A stretch of DNA of 64,000 bases from Spirochaetia bacterium (GTDB lineage Bacteria > Spirochaetota > Spirochaetia > UBA9216). Below are positions 54,205-64,000 of the stretch, in pieces. Within the stretch, counting starts at the first letter, position 1. Each line of letters begins with the position of its first letter. The stretch lies in assembly GCA_965140585.1 (NCBI GenBank), contig OZ223272.1, positions 128,001 through 192,000 on the forward strand. The letters are read 5' to 3'. The translations under genes and the position numbers were made by a program. The notes beneath the pieces are model-generated. The model was given only the letters and a program-made list of their open reading frames with translations. It did not search any database and was not told the DNA's origin.

Positions 54205-55755
54205 CTGAACGGCTTTACTGTTTTTCATTACCATCTTCTTCCCGGCGGCGTAACAAGTGTAATAATGCTCGGAATAAACTCCCTTCTAAAATACTATCCC
54301 GAACCGGTGAAGATCAGCATCGCAACCGGAATTGAAGAAAATACCGAAAAGGTAAAAAACGGCCTGCACAGGCCTGATGATGTTAATATCAAGGTAATAC
54401 CGGAAATCTATTATCGTGACTCCAGCCTCAGCTTCGGCAAAAAAGAGGTAAAGGCTCTTTCAGAAAAACTGCTTAAAAACTTCAGCGGCACGGTCTGGTG
54501 GATTCATAATTTCCAACTTGGAAAGAACCCGCTTTTTACTGCTGCAGTACTGTATACTATTAGAAATTATCCTCATCAGAAGTTCATACTGCACATTCAC
54601 GACTTTCCCGAATGCGCCCGGTACGATAACCTTGAAGCCATCAGCATTCCGCTGATTGGAGATCCCTACCCTGTACTACCCAACGTGGTCTACTGCCTTA
54701 TCAACAGCAGAGACAGGGACAAGCTGATTGCTGCGGGTATTCCTGAAAAACAGGTATTGCTGCTGAATAACCCTGTGGAAAGCACAGAACCTGTAGAGAA
54801 ACCTTCTGAACAGCAAAGGCTGAAACTTAGAAATGATCTGTTTGCCTACTTTAGAAAGGATTTCCCGGGACTTTCTGAAGATGGAAAGATCCTCTTCTAC
54901 CCGGTAAGATCGATACGGAGGAAGAATATTCTTGAGGCTGGTCTTATTGCCTCGGCATCAGAAGCTGATGTAAATCTGATAGTAAGCCTTCCCGGCGTCT
55001 CATCCCAGGAAAGGCAGTATTCTGATTTGTGCGCTGAAAGTTTCTCAAACGGACTTATTCCCGGTATTTTCGGAACAGGACTCGTAAGAGATAACAGCAT
55101 CCCCTCATATGAACAGATGCCTGGAATATCAGACTTGATTGTTTCCACATCAGTTCAGGAAGGCTTCGGTTACCTTTTTATTAATTCAGTCCAGTGGCAG
55201 ATTCCGCTGTTTGCAAGAAGTCTTGAGACCATGGGCGGACTTGAACCTCTGTTAAGAAATCATGAAAACTGTTTTTATGACAGGTTTGATGTTCCAGTTG
55301 ATGGTGAAACGATCCAGGCACTTAAAGCGATGTACTTGAAAAAACTAGAAGGTATTTCAGGATACCTCACAGATTCAAGAATTTCCGCACTAAAAGAAAA
55401 TATTGAATCTGAGTTCACAGCTGAAACAACTGATTTTGCATATCTTTCGGTTGAAGAACAGTTGAACTGCCTTAAAAAGGCTGCCGGCTCTGCTGATTAT
55501 CGAAAGACTCTAAATGAACTGAACAGAAAAACTTTCAGTGAACTTTACAGGCTCCTGAATACGGATGATGCCGGAATTTTTCCCGATACAAACGGCTTCA
55601 GCCCGGAGAACCACGCATTGACTATTAAAAAGGCTGCGGATATTCTAAACGCAGACTACGAGGCATCCCGAACCGGAAAACCGGCGCAGGTACAGAAAAA
55701 TCTTATTGACGGATTTACCGGACTGGACAACATGAGGCTCTTATATGACTATTAA
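54205..55755 (+). CDS. GT4-like glycosyltransferase (probable CTG start)
   Basis: HYHLLPGGVTSVI upstream of the first ATG; HN..LGKN, HIHDFPE, YPVRSIRRKN, QEGFG. Confidence 0.75.
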   Translation: MNGFTVFHYHLLPGGVTSVIMLGINSLLKYYPEPVKISIATGIEENTEKVKNGLHRPDDVNIKVIPEIYYRDSSLSFGKKEVKALSEKLLKNFSGTVWWIHNFQLGKNPLFTAAVLYTIRNYPHQKFILHIHDFPECARYDNLEAISIPLIGDPYPVLPNVVYCLINSRDRDKLIAAGIPEKQVLLLNNPVESTEPVEKPSEQQRLKLRNDLFAYFRKDFPGLSEDGKILFYPVRSIRRKNILEAGLIASASEADVNLIVSLPGVSSQERQYSDLCAESFSNGLIPGIFGTGLVRDNSIPSYEQMPGISDLIVSTSVQEGFGYLFINSVQWQIPLFARSLETMGGLEPLLRNHENCFYDRFDVPVDGETIQALKAMYLKKLEGISGYLTDSRISALKENIESEFTAETTDFAYLSVEEQLNCLKKAAGSADYRKTLNELNRKTFSELYRLLNTDDAGIFPDTNGFSPENHALTIKKAADILNADYEASRTGKPAQVQKNLIDGFTGLDNMRLLYDY

Positions 55756-56962
55756 AAAAACTCTGGTTTTAATATTTTCCCTTTTTATTTCCACACAGGC
55801 ATTCGCCGCATCTCAGGACAATCTGAAGGTCAGCCTTGTATTCAACGGTCCGGCCGATGAGCTGTATTCCTGGTGGGGGCATGTAGCAATAGTAATTGAA
55901 GATGTTTCAAACGGACATGCCCGCTACTACGACTACGGCAACTTCAGTTTTGATCAGGACTCTTTTGTAAGAAACTTTGTTATGGGCCGACTTTTTTTTC
56001 TTAAAATGGCATCAAATCCCGGAGGCCAGTACAGATACGGTATAATGCTTAACCGTGATATTACCCGGTATGAGCTGAACCTGAGCAGGGAACAGGCCTC
56101 AGCCCTCAGGGATTTTCTTGAGGAGGAAATCAAGCCCGATAACCGGATCTATCTGTATGATCACTTCTATGATAACTGCTCAACAAGAATCCGTGATGCA
56201 ATAGATATGGTTCTCGACGGAGAACTGCACGCTGCCTCGCTTGATAAATCAGAGTATACAATAAGAGAGGACTTCAGACGCTTTACCACCGGAAGCCCCT
56301 ATATGGACTGGCTGCTGAATTTTGCCATCAACGGTTCAATAGACCGCGAAATCCTTGTATGGGATGAAATGTACCTTCCGGCGGAGCTGGAGAAAAACAT
56401 TAAAACCCTGGTGATCACAGATTCAAAGGGAGAATCAGTTCCCCTGGTAGCCAGCAGGGAAGTTCTTAACGAAGCCCAGGGCAGAGTTGAAATACCCGAA
56501 CATGCCAAGGCAGCCTGGCCGCTGGGTCTGCTTTCCGGAATTATGGGCGCCGTAATTTCTGCTGTGCTTCTTCTTGCCGGACGAAGAAACAACCTGTTCA
56601 ACAGATTATTCGGTATTTTCAGCGCCATGCTTTCACTTGCCCTGGCGCTTACAGGCTCACTGCTTTTATTTATGGCTCTGTTTACAGACCATGCTTTTTC
56701 ATACTGGAATCAGAACCTGCTTTTCATTAACCCGTTTCTGTTCGTAACACTCATCCATTCAATCAGGGTTGCGGCAGGTAAAAAGTCTGCGTATATAAGC
56801 CTTCGCAGGTGCTGGAACGTCACTGCAGCATGTACAATTATTGCACTGCTTCTAAAAATCATTCCTGCAATATATCAGGCTAATATGACCAGTATCATAT
56901 TCATGATTCTTCCTGCAGTAACAATTTCTGCACTAATGTCAAGAAAAAAATCCTTTGTCTGA
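55745..56962 (+). CDS. DUF4105 / Lnb-like lipoprotein N-acyltransferase candidate
   Basis: ELYSWWGH, YDYGNFSF, YLYDHFYDNCSTRIRD, MYLP, four C-terminal TMs. Confidence 0.75.
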   Translation: MTIKKTLVLIFSLFISTQAFAASQDNLKVSLVFNGPADELYSWWGHVAIVIEDVSNGHARYYDYGNFSFDQDSFVRNFVMGRLFFLKMASNPGGQYRYGIMLNRDITRYELNLSREQASALRDFLEEEIKPDNRIYLYDHFYDNCSTRIRDAIDMVLDGELHAASLDKSEYTIREDFRRFTTGSPYMDWLLNFAINGSIDREILVWDEMYLPAELEKNIKTLVITDSKGESVPLVASREVLNEAQGRVEIPEHAKAAWPLGLLSGIMGAVISAVLLLAGRRNNLFNRLFGIFSAMLSLALALTGSLLLFMALFTDHAFSYWNQNLLFINPFLFVTLIHSIRVAAGKKSAYISLRRCWNVTAACTIIALLLKIIPAIYQANMTSIIFMILPAVTISALMSRKKSFV

Positions 56963-57057
56963 TATTTAGCTCAGATGTGCCTCGATCCTTGTATCTTTTA
57001 CCTCAAACCACTATAATAATTGAACAACAATAAATTTAATTTTTGGAAGGGATACAA

Positions 57058-60000
57058 ATGGCTGATAAGAAAATGGTTACCATTGACGGTAATAGTGCAG
57101 CTGCGCATGTGGCCTATGCTTTCAGCGAAGTTGCTGCTATTTACCCGATTACACCATCGTCTCCTATGGGAGAATACGCTGATTCCTGGGCATCCACAGG
57201 AAGAGAAAACGTTTACGGAAAAATTGTAGACGTTATGGAAATGCAGTCCGAGGCCGGAGCAGCAGGTGCTGTTCACGGAGCACTTAGCGGTGGCGCTCTT
57301 ACCACTACTTTTACTGCATCTCAGGGTCTGCTTCTGATGATTCCGAATATGCATAAGATTGCCGGAGAAATGCTTCCGACAGTTTTCCATGTTTCTGCAA
57401 GATCACTTGCTGCACAGTCACTCTCAATCTTCGGAGATCACTCCGACGTAATGTCAACAAGAAACACCGGTTTCGCAATGACTGCTGCATCAAACATCCA
57501 GGAAACAATGGATATGGCTCTTGTTGCTCATCTTGCAACACTTAAATCAGAGATACCATTCCTTGCATTTTTCGACGGATTCAGAACTTCACACGAGATC
57601 ATGAAGGTTGAAGAGATATCATACGCTGATATCAAATCACTGATTGAACCCAAATACATCGAGAAGTTCCGCTCAAGAGCAATGAAACCTGAAGCACCTA
57701 TTGTTAAGGTTGCTGCTCAGAACCCTGATGTTTACTTCCAGGGTCGCGAAACTTCAAACAACTACTACGACGCTGTTCCTGGAATTGTACAGGAATACAT
57801 GGACAAGGTTGCCAAAATTACCGGCCGCCAGTATCACCTTTTTGATTATGTCGGAGCTCCTGATGCTGAAAAAATCATCATCGCTATGGGAAGCGCCTGC
57901 GATACTATCGAATTAACTGTTAATGCCCTTGTTGCAAAGGGTGAAAAAGTCGGAGCCATCAAGGTAAGACTTTATCGACCATTCTCTGTGGAAGCATTTG
58001 TTGATGCTATTCCTGCAAGTGTTAAGAAAATCGCTGTTCTTGACCGAACTAAAGAGCCCGGATCACTTGGTGAACCACTCTTCCTCGATGTTGCTGCTGT
58101 TCTTGCAGGAAAAGACATCAAGGTAGTCGGCGGACGCTACGGTCTTTCTTCAAAAGAATTCACACCGTCTCATGTTAAAGCCGTTCTTGATCACCTTGAC
58201 GGAGCAGCTTTCAACGGATTCACAGTCGGAATCAAAGACGATGTAAGCAATAAATCAATCGACGTTAAGGAAGAAATTGATGCAATTCCTTCAGACGTTG
58301 TTTCCTGTATGTTCTGGGGTCTGGGTTCAGACGGTACAGTAGGTGCGAACAAAAACTCAATCAAAATCATCGGTGACAACACTGATATGAACGCACAGGG
58401 ATACTTTGACTATGACTCAAAGAAGTCAGGAGGTATCACAGTTTCTCACCTTAGATTCGGAAAGAGCAAGGTTAACTTTCCATGGCTCATTACAAAGGCA
58501 GACTTTGTTGCATGTTCAAACCCCGCTTATATCGGACGATACGACATGCTCGGGCCTCTCAAGGAAGGCGGAGTATTCCTCCTGAACGCATTGGTTCCTG
58601 CAGATGAGGTATTCTACACCCTCACTGAAGAAGAACAGCAGATAATGATCGATAAAAAGATCAACTTCTACTGCATGAACGCGTATGACGTTGCTGAAGA
58701 AGTAGGTCTAGGTAACAGAACAAATACTGTAATGCAGGCTGCGTTCTTCAAGATTTCAGGTATTCTTCCTGAAAAAGAAGCAATTGACCTGATGAAGGCT
58801 GCTGCAAAGAAAACTTTCGCAAAGAAGGGTGACGATATCGTTAAGATGAACTGGAACGCTATTGATCAGTCAGCTGCAGCTCTCAAGAAAGTTGAAGTTC
58901 CTGCATCATTACCCGGAAAGTGCTATACAGCACCCAAGCTGATTAAAGACGATGCGGATGATTTTGCAAAGAACATTGTTGAAAAAATAATGCACCTCAA
59001 GGGCAATGACATCCCTGTTTCACAGATGTCATACGATGGTACACTTCCTACCGGAACAACTAAGCTTGAAAAGCGCGGTGTTGCACCACGTGTTCCGAAC
59101 TGGCTTGGTGAAAACTGTATTCAGTGTAACCAGTGTGTTCAGTCATGTCCCCATGCTGCAATAAGAACAAAGATGATCGAAACTGATAAAATGGCAGGGG
59201 CTCCTGATACTTTTGATGCTGTTAAATACAAGGCATCCAAAGACAAGGAATACATGTACAAGATTCAGATGTTCATCGAAGACTGTCAGGGATGCGGTGT
59301 ATGTATTGAAACATGTCCTGCAAAGACAAAGGCTCTTGAATGGAGTACCCTTGAAGTTGAAAGAGCTGCAGGCGAAACTGCAAACGAAGCTTTCTTTGAG
59401 ACACTACCCTACGGTGCACTTGACGGATCATCAGAAGAAAATGTTAAGGGAATGCAGTTCAGACAGCCTCTGTTCGAGTTCTCCGGAGCATGTGCCGGTT
59501 GTGGAGAGACTCCGTATGTTAAACTTGTAACTCAGGTCTGCGGAGACAGAATGGTTGTTGCAAATGCAACAGGATGTTCTTCAATTTACGGCGGAACTTT
59601 CCCGACTATTCCTTACACAAAGAAACCCAACGGACGCGGTCCTGCATGGGGCAACTCACTTTTCGAAGACAATGCTGAATATGGTTTCGGTATGAGACTC
59701 GCTGTAGACTCAAACAGGGACCTCCTTAAACTCAAAGCAGAAAAAGCTCTCCAGCTTGGACTTAAGGGTGCTGCAGCAGATGCTCTTAAAAAACAGCTGG
59801 AAATGTGGACGTCTGTAGAACAGACTGCAATTGACGGTCAGGATGCTCTTGGTGTACTTCTTGAAGCTGAGGCTGCAAAGGCTTCAGGAGAGATGAAAGA
59901 AACTCTCGACAAGATGGTTGAACTTAAAGACTATTTTGTTGACAAGAGTGTATGGATTCTCGGCGGTGACGGATGGGCATATGACATCGGTTACGGCGGT

Positions 60001-60582
60001 GTTGACCACGTAGTAGCCATGGGCAAGAATGTCAACATCCTTGTTATGGATACAGAGGTTTACTCAAACACCGGTGGACAGGCATCAAAGGCCACTCCGA
60101 TTGCCGCAGTTGCAAAGTTTGCTAATGCAGGTATGCAGCTTACAAAGAAGAACATGGGCTTCATGTGTATGAGCTACGGCTATGTATATGTTGCATCCAT
60201 TTCAATGGGAGCAAACAGGGCACAGGCTCAGAAAGCGATCATGGAAGCTGAAGCATATGATGGACCTTCAATCATCTTCGCATACGCACCATGTATCAAC
60301 CACGGTATCGATATGTCAAAGTCACAGGCTGAAGCAAAACGTGCTGTTGAAGCAGGCTACTGGCCGCTTTACAGATACAACCCTGCACTTGAAGAAGGCA
60401 AGAGGTTCAACTGGGAAACAAAAGATCCTACAGCTTCATTTCAGGACTTCATCAGAAGTGAAAGAAGGTACACAGCTCTTCAGGCAACCAACCCCGACCA
60501 TGCAGAGGAACTCTTTGCACTGGCAGAAGAGGATGCAAAGAAGAGAATGGACTTCTACAAAAAGCTTGGCGAAATAATGTAA
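57058..60582 (+). CDS. nifJ: Pyruvate:ferredoxin (flavodoxin) oxidoreductase
   Basis: YPITPSS, MQSEAGA, DGFRTSHE, two CxxCxxCxxxCP motifs, GACAGCGE, GGDGWAYDIG; start ATG 57058. Confidence 0.97.
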   Translation: MADKKMVTIDGNSAAAHVAYAFSEVAAIYPITPSSPMGEYADSWASTGRENVYGKIVDVMEMQSEAGAAGAVHGALSGGALTTTFTASQGLLLMIPNMHKIAGEMLPTVFHVSARSLAAQSLSIFGDHSDVMSTRNTGFAMTAASNIQETMDMALVAHLATLKSEIPFLAFFDGFRTSHEIMKVEEISYADIKSLIEPKYIEKFRSRAMKPEAPIVKVAAQNPDVYFQGRETSNNYYDAVPGIVQEYMDKVAKITGRQYHLFDYVGAPDAEKIIIAMGSACDTIELTVNALVAKGEKVGAIKVRLYRPFSVEAFVDAIPASVKKIAVLDRTKEPGSLGEPLFLDVAAVLAGKDIKVVGGRYGLSSKEFTPSHVKAVLDHLDGAAFNGFTVGIKDDVSNKSIDVKEEIDAIPSDVVSCMFWGLGSDGTVGANKNSIKIIGDNTDMNAQGYFDYDSKKSGGITVSHLRFGKSKVNFPWLITKADFVACSNPAYIGRYDMLGPLKEGGVFLLNALVPADEVFYTLTEEEQQIMIDKKINFYCMNAYDVAEEVGLGNRTNTVMQAAFFKISGILPEKEAIDLMKAAAKKTFAKKGDDIVKMNWNAIDQSAAALKKVEVPASLPGKCYTAPKLIKDDADDFAKNIVEKIMHLKGNDIPVSQMSYDGTLPTGTTKLEKRGVAPRVPNWLGENCIQCNQCVQSCPHAAIRTKMIETDKMAGAPDTFDAVKYKASKDKEYMYKIQMFIEDCQGCGVCIETCPAKTKALEWSTLEVERAAGETANEAFFETLPYGALDGSSEENVKGMQFRQPLFEFSGACAGCGETPYVKLVTQVCGDRMVVANATGCSSIYGGTFPTIPYTKKPNGRGPAWGNSLFEDNAEYGFGMRLAVDSNRDLLKLKAEKALQLGLKGAAADALKKQLEMWTSVEQTAIDGQDALGVLLEAEAAKASGEMKETLDKMVELKDYFVDKSVWILGGDGWAYDIGYGGVDHVVAMGKNVNILVMDTEVYSNTGGQASKATPIAAVAKFANAGMQLTKKNMGFMCMSYGYVYVASISMGANRAQAQKAIMEAEAYDGPSIIFAYAPCINHGIDMSKSQAEAKRAVEAGYWPLYRYNPALEEGKRFNWETKDPTASFQDFIRSERRYTALQATNPDHAEELFALAEEDAKKRMDFYKKLGEIM

Positions 60583-60654
60583 TCGAAGCTTCGCTTCAAT
60601 TACATTCAGAAGTTTCGGTACTACCGAAACTTCACTACATCAAGCAATCATTAC

Positions 60655-60686
60655 AGCCGCAGACTTTATGGTTTGCGGCTTTTTTT
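60655..60686 (+). terminator. Intrinsic terminator of the PFOR gene
   Basis: AGCCGCAGAC-N6-GTTTGCGGCT-T6. Confidence 0.8.
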
Positions 60687-60809
60687 AGTTTTTTTCATTT
60701 TACTTATATTAATTTTGTAATACTTCGTTATTGACTGTATTCCTTACTTTACCTATCATTCTGCAGAAACAAAATCTTTCGACCTTTCATATTCAGAAGG
60801 ATTACTCAC

Positions 60810-61736
60810 ATGCTGTTACAACTGCTTAACATATTCGGTAAAATACTGCTGCTGCTCGCATTCGGATTCGTTCTTTCAAAAAAAGGGATAATGAAGATAA
60901 AAATGAGGGACAGCCTCTCTGAACTGCTGGTAAAGATTATTCTACCGGTAAACATCATACATGCTTCCGGACAGATATTTTCAAAAGAAAATGCCATGGG
61001 CATGCTTTTAGTTTTTCTGATAAGTTCAGCCTATTTTTTATTATTTCTAGTAACCCTGAGCATTGTCACCAGAAAGCTGAAGGTAAATAAAAGGTTTAGA
61101 AGTGTTTTTATAAATGTAATGGTATTCGCCAATGTCGGATTCATAGGGTTCCCTCTTCTTGGAGAGATGTTCGGAAAAACAGGAACTCTCTATACGGTTG
61201 CCTATAATATGAGTTTTCAACTGTTTTTCTTTTCCTACGGACTGATGCTTTTGACAGGAAAAGAAAAGATAAGTATAAGAAATCTGTTCAGCAATAAAAC
61301 ATTGTATGTATCAATATTCTCTATAATAATTTACTTATCAGGATTAAGATTTCCCGATTTCATACAGTATACACTGGGTTCAATCGGCGGTATGATGGTT
61401 CCGCTGTCCATGATGCTCATCGGCTGGGAAATAGCAAACTCCAATTTTAAGGAAATCCTCTGTGATCGCTATGCTTATATAGTTTCTGCAATGAGGCTTA
61501 TCTTCATTCCCCTGACACTTGCAGTAATCCTGAAATTACTGAATATTGATCCGATCACTGCCTCTTCAGCAGTAATACTATCTGCCCTGCCCTCCGGCTC
61601 ACTTACGGTAATAATGTCTCAGGCGGAGAATAACGACTCGGCCTTCTCGACCTGGGCAGTTGCCTAGAGCACTATACTGATGCTTCCAACACTGCCGCTA
61701 ATTTTCCTCTTTGTTCAGTATTTTTTTACAGAATAA
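60810..61736 (+). pseudogene. AEC-family transporter with an internal TAG near the 3' end
   Basis: FANVGFIGFP, PLSMMLIG, LP motifs; TAG at 61665-67 interrupts AVA*STILMLPTLP; frame continues to TAA at 61734-36. Confidence 0.75.
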
Positions 61737-61744
61737 AAATGGAA

Positions 61745-62883
61745 TCAGCTGCCTATAATAACCTCATCTCCGTCCCAGCTGAACTTAGAGTTAAGTCCTG
61801 CTTTTTCGGTTATCTTCTTCACATAGTCAAAAACTATTTCACCCCATTCATCCTTTTTAACAACCATGGGGACGCCCTCCTTGTTCACGACCATCGGTAT
61901 ATACCCCGTTTCTGCTATGGCTCCATCTTTGATAGTACATTTAGCTGTAATGCAGAGCTTGGCCTCGGGGTGAAAATGATAGGTTGGATACTCGGGATCC
62001 GGAACAAAACCAAAGCGCTCACTCCGTGTCCGTGCCAACTCTTCAGGATCAAAAAACTTGTTTTTATTTCCGTTTTTTGCCTTGAAATCGGGCATTAGTG
62101 AGGGCACCCATGCAATGAAATTTCCAAGACTGTGAAAGATTGTCTTTCCTTTGTAGATTTCATTTCCGTGAAGGATATGCTGATGGCTTGAGAAGATAAC
62201 ATCAGCACCTGCATCAATTGCCGCATAGCAGATAATCTGCTCATAATCGGCTAGTTTTACGGGTTTGTGAACAAGCCCCTTGTGAAGATAAAGACATAGA
62301 ACATCACACTTTTTTTCAGATCAGATATTTCCGCAAGCATAAGGCTGAAACTTTTAGGCTCAGGCCATGAATTGATTATGGATGGTGTACCGCCAGGATT
62401 GGCTACATCACCAAGTTCGTAATGTGTTATTATATCAAGCTTCGCACAGCCGGCCTTCTCAGGACCGGCAGTCATGATTTTCGGTCCTGTGCAGTTGTAA
62501 CTCAGAAACCCGACCCTTGTCCCCTCCTTATCAATTATCACCGGGCGCCTGGCTTCAACAATATTTCTTCCTCCGCCGAAATACGGAACAGAGTTGTAAT
62601 CAAGCCAGTTTACAGTTTCATAAACTCCAGTCTCTTTTGCATCATAGATATGATTTCCTGCAAGTGAAATAAGATCAAAATATTTAGCAATAGGTTTAAG
62701 GTTGTCAGTCTCAAGGTTAAGATCAGCCAGTTCAGGAGCACTATTACTGTACGGGACTTCAAGCTGTCCTACCCTGATATCAGCAGTATCAAGTACCGGT
62801 CCGACAGATGAAAAAAACTTTTCGGGGTCCTCCCCAAGAATTATGTCTCCCGCTGCAAGCGTGGTTATTGATTTGTTGACCAT
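61745..62883 (-). pseudogene. CapA/PGA_cap-family metallophosphoesterase, frameshifted at an A7 run
   Basis: AAGDI, QLE, SLAGNH..D in frame 1; LHKG, IDAGAD, SHQH, HSLGNF in the -1 frame after 62310-62316. Confidence 0.85.
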
Positions 62884-63039
62884 ATTTCATTCTCTCTCCA
62901 CAGTGATAGGCTTGTAATCTATAATTATTTCAATGCTAAAACAGTTTAGCATAACTATAAACAGATTAAACGAAGATTTTACATCCTGTCAAATTATTTT
63001 TGAAATTCTGTATGACCTGACAGCAATTAAGCTGATTAT

Positions 63040-63999
63040 TCACATTTCTGGACAGCTATCCCTGAAAAACACATGTGTATCGATGATTTTTGTCTTTGGT
63101 TTGGCCATGGAATCAACTAGAAGTTCGGCCATCATCTTTAAAGCCTCTGAATTGATTAGCTCATAATCATGATGAATAGTAGTAATAGTTGGAGAACTGA
63201 TTTCTGCAATCATGGCAGATCCATAGGCAATTACTTCCATATCAGACGGAATATCAATTCCTGTATCTTTTAAAGCACTGATCAGATTGTAGGCTATAAG
63301 ATCGTTCTGAACAAAGATCCCTTTTGAACGATTGCCGAGTTCAAGAATTTTTTCAGAACACCATTTACCTACATCAGGATTTAGAACGTTCTTCAGCTTA
63401 AGATTAAGATTTTCCGGAATCTCTAATTCAATTACAGAAATTCCCTTTTGTTCACAGGTTTCTGAAAAACTGTCCTTCCTGCGGGCAATATTGGTATGTA
63501 TGTTGGAACGCTTCTCAGTAATCAACACAGCACTGCTCATACCTTTTTTAGAAAAAACTTCAGCTGCAAGATTACCCGCTTTCGCGTTATCTACCTTAAT
63601 CACCGAATGTTTATCAGAATCACCATAAAGCAGAATAAGCGGTGTTGAGATATTGAGGTCATTCAGAAAAGCCAAGTCATCAGCAGAAATAGGGGGTACA
63701 AGAATGCCATTATAACCTGTATTAAAAAAAACACTGGAATATTTACTCAATGCGCCTTCTTCAAAAGGAATAATAGAAAACCTCATTTCCGGGATTTTTC
63801 CGCTACTAATCAGCGTTTGCGCCTTATCAATAAAATTATTCAGAAATGAAAAATGCTGATAGGGAGACCAGAGTATAGCTATTTCAGGAGAAGAGATGAG
63901 AGCTGTTTTACTGGTCAGCTTCCTCGCGGCTACATTTGGTATATAGCCCAGAGCACTAGCTGTCTTTCTGATATTATCAATGGTTTTTTTTGCGATTCG
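63040..63999 (-). CDS. LacI-family transcriptional regulator (5' end beyond window)
   Basis: Frame open to the window edge with LGYIPNVAARKL; VDN..AG, ND.IA, IPSDM, PTITTI. Confidence 0.88.
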   Translation of the reverse strand, partial: RIAKKTIDNIRKTASALGYIPNVAARKLTSKTALISSPEIAILWSPYQHFSFLNNFIDKAQTLISSGKIPEMRFSIIPFEEGALSKYSSVFFNTGYNGILVPPISADDLAFLNDLNISTPLILLYGDSDKHSVIKVDNAKAGNLAAEVFSKKGMSSAVLITEKRSNIHTNIARRKDSFSETCEQKGISVIELEIPENLNLKLKNVLNPDVGKWCSEKILELGNRSKGIFVQNDLIAYNLISALKDTGIDIPSDMEVIAYGSAMIAEISSPTITTIHHDYELINSEALKMMAELLVDSMAKPKTKIIDTHVFFRDSCPEM

Positions 64000-64000
64000 C

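Noticed and set aside
62310-62316. Canonical dnaX-type A_AAA_AAG frameshift site in capA
   Set aside because: The heptamer is present but out of register with the zero frame (AAA AAA AGT), so tandem slippage is not the canonical type
384-63628. Numerous 60-180 aa ORFs antisense to or out of frame within confident genes (e.g. 13589-14095, 37775-38248, 50122-50658)
   Set aside because: Shadow ORFs with no motifs or translation signals
1-64000. rRNA, tRNA, IS elements, prophage genes
   Set aside because: No recognisable signatures; intergenic gaps are short and otherwise accounted for (tRNAscan-SE/Infernal would confirm)

Overview
64 kb of bacterial chromosome, most likely an anaerobic free-living spirochaete (Spirochaetaceae-like, inferred from gene families and signal-peptide style). 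An AT-richer defence island at ~2.3-12.1 kb carries a complete Type I RM system (hsdR-hsdM-hsdS), a separately promoted and tightly coupled sce7726-sce7725-RES-radC operon (candidate anti-phage module), and a GxxExxY nuclease gene bracketed by 48-bp direct repeats with a ~130-nt hairpin over its ribosome-binding site. The island sits among putative quinone/electron-transfer genes: ubiX, a thioesterase, a convergently split NitT/TauT ABC transporter and EetA/EetB-like genes. The rest is mostly core: FTR/glutaredoxin, PLP decarboxylase, degP, a two-component system, a DUF1638-hydantoinase fusion, PreP, Tex, NfeD plus two flotillins, epmA-efp-methyltransferase, an Hsp70-SBD/OmpA hybrid, a glucosylglycerate/MGG osmolyte cluster containing ptsP, an Lnb-like gene and PFOR. 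A decaying AEC/CapA/LacI locus lies at the right end. Many genes appear leaderless (TANNNT-N6-ATG). No rRNA, tRNA, CRISPR array, integrase or transposase was seen. Family calls come from motif recognition by eye, not from searches.
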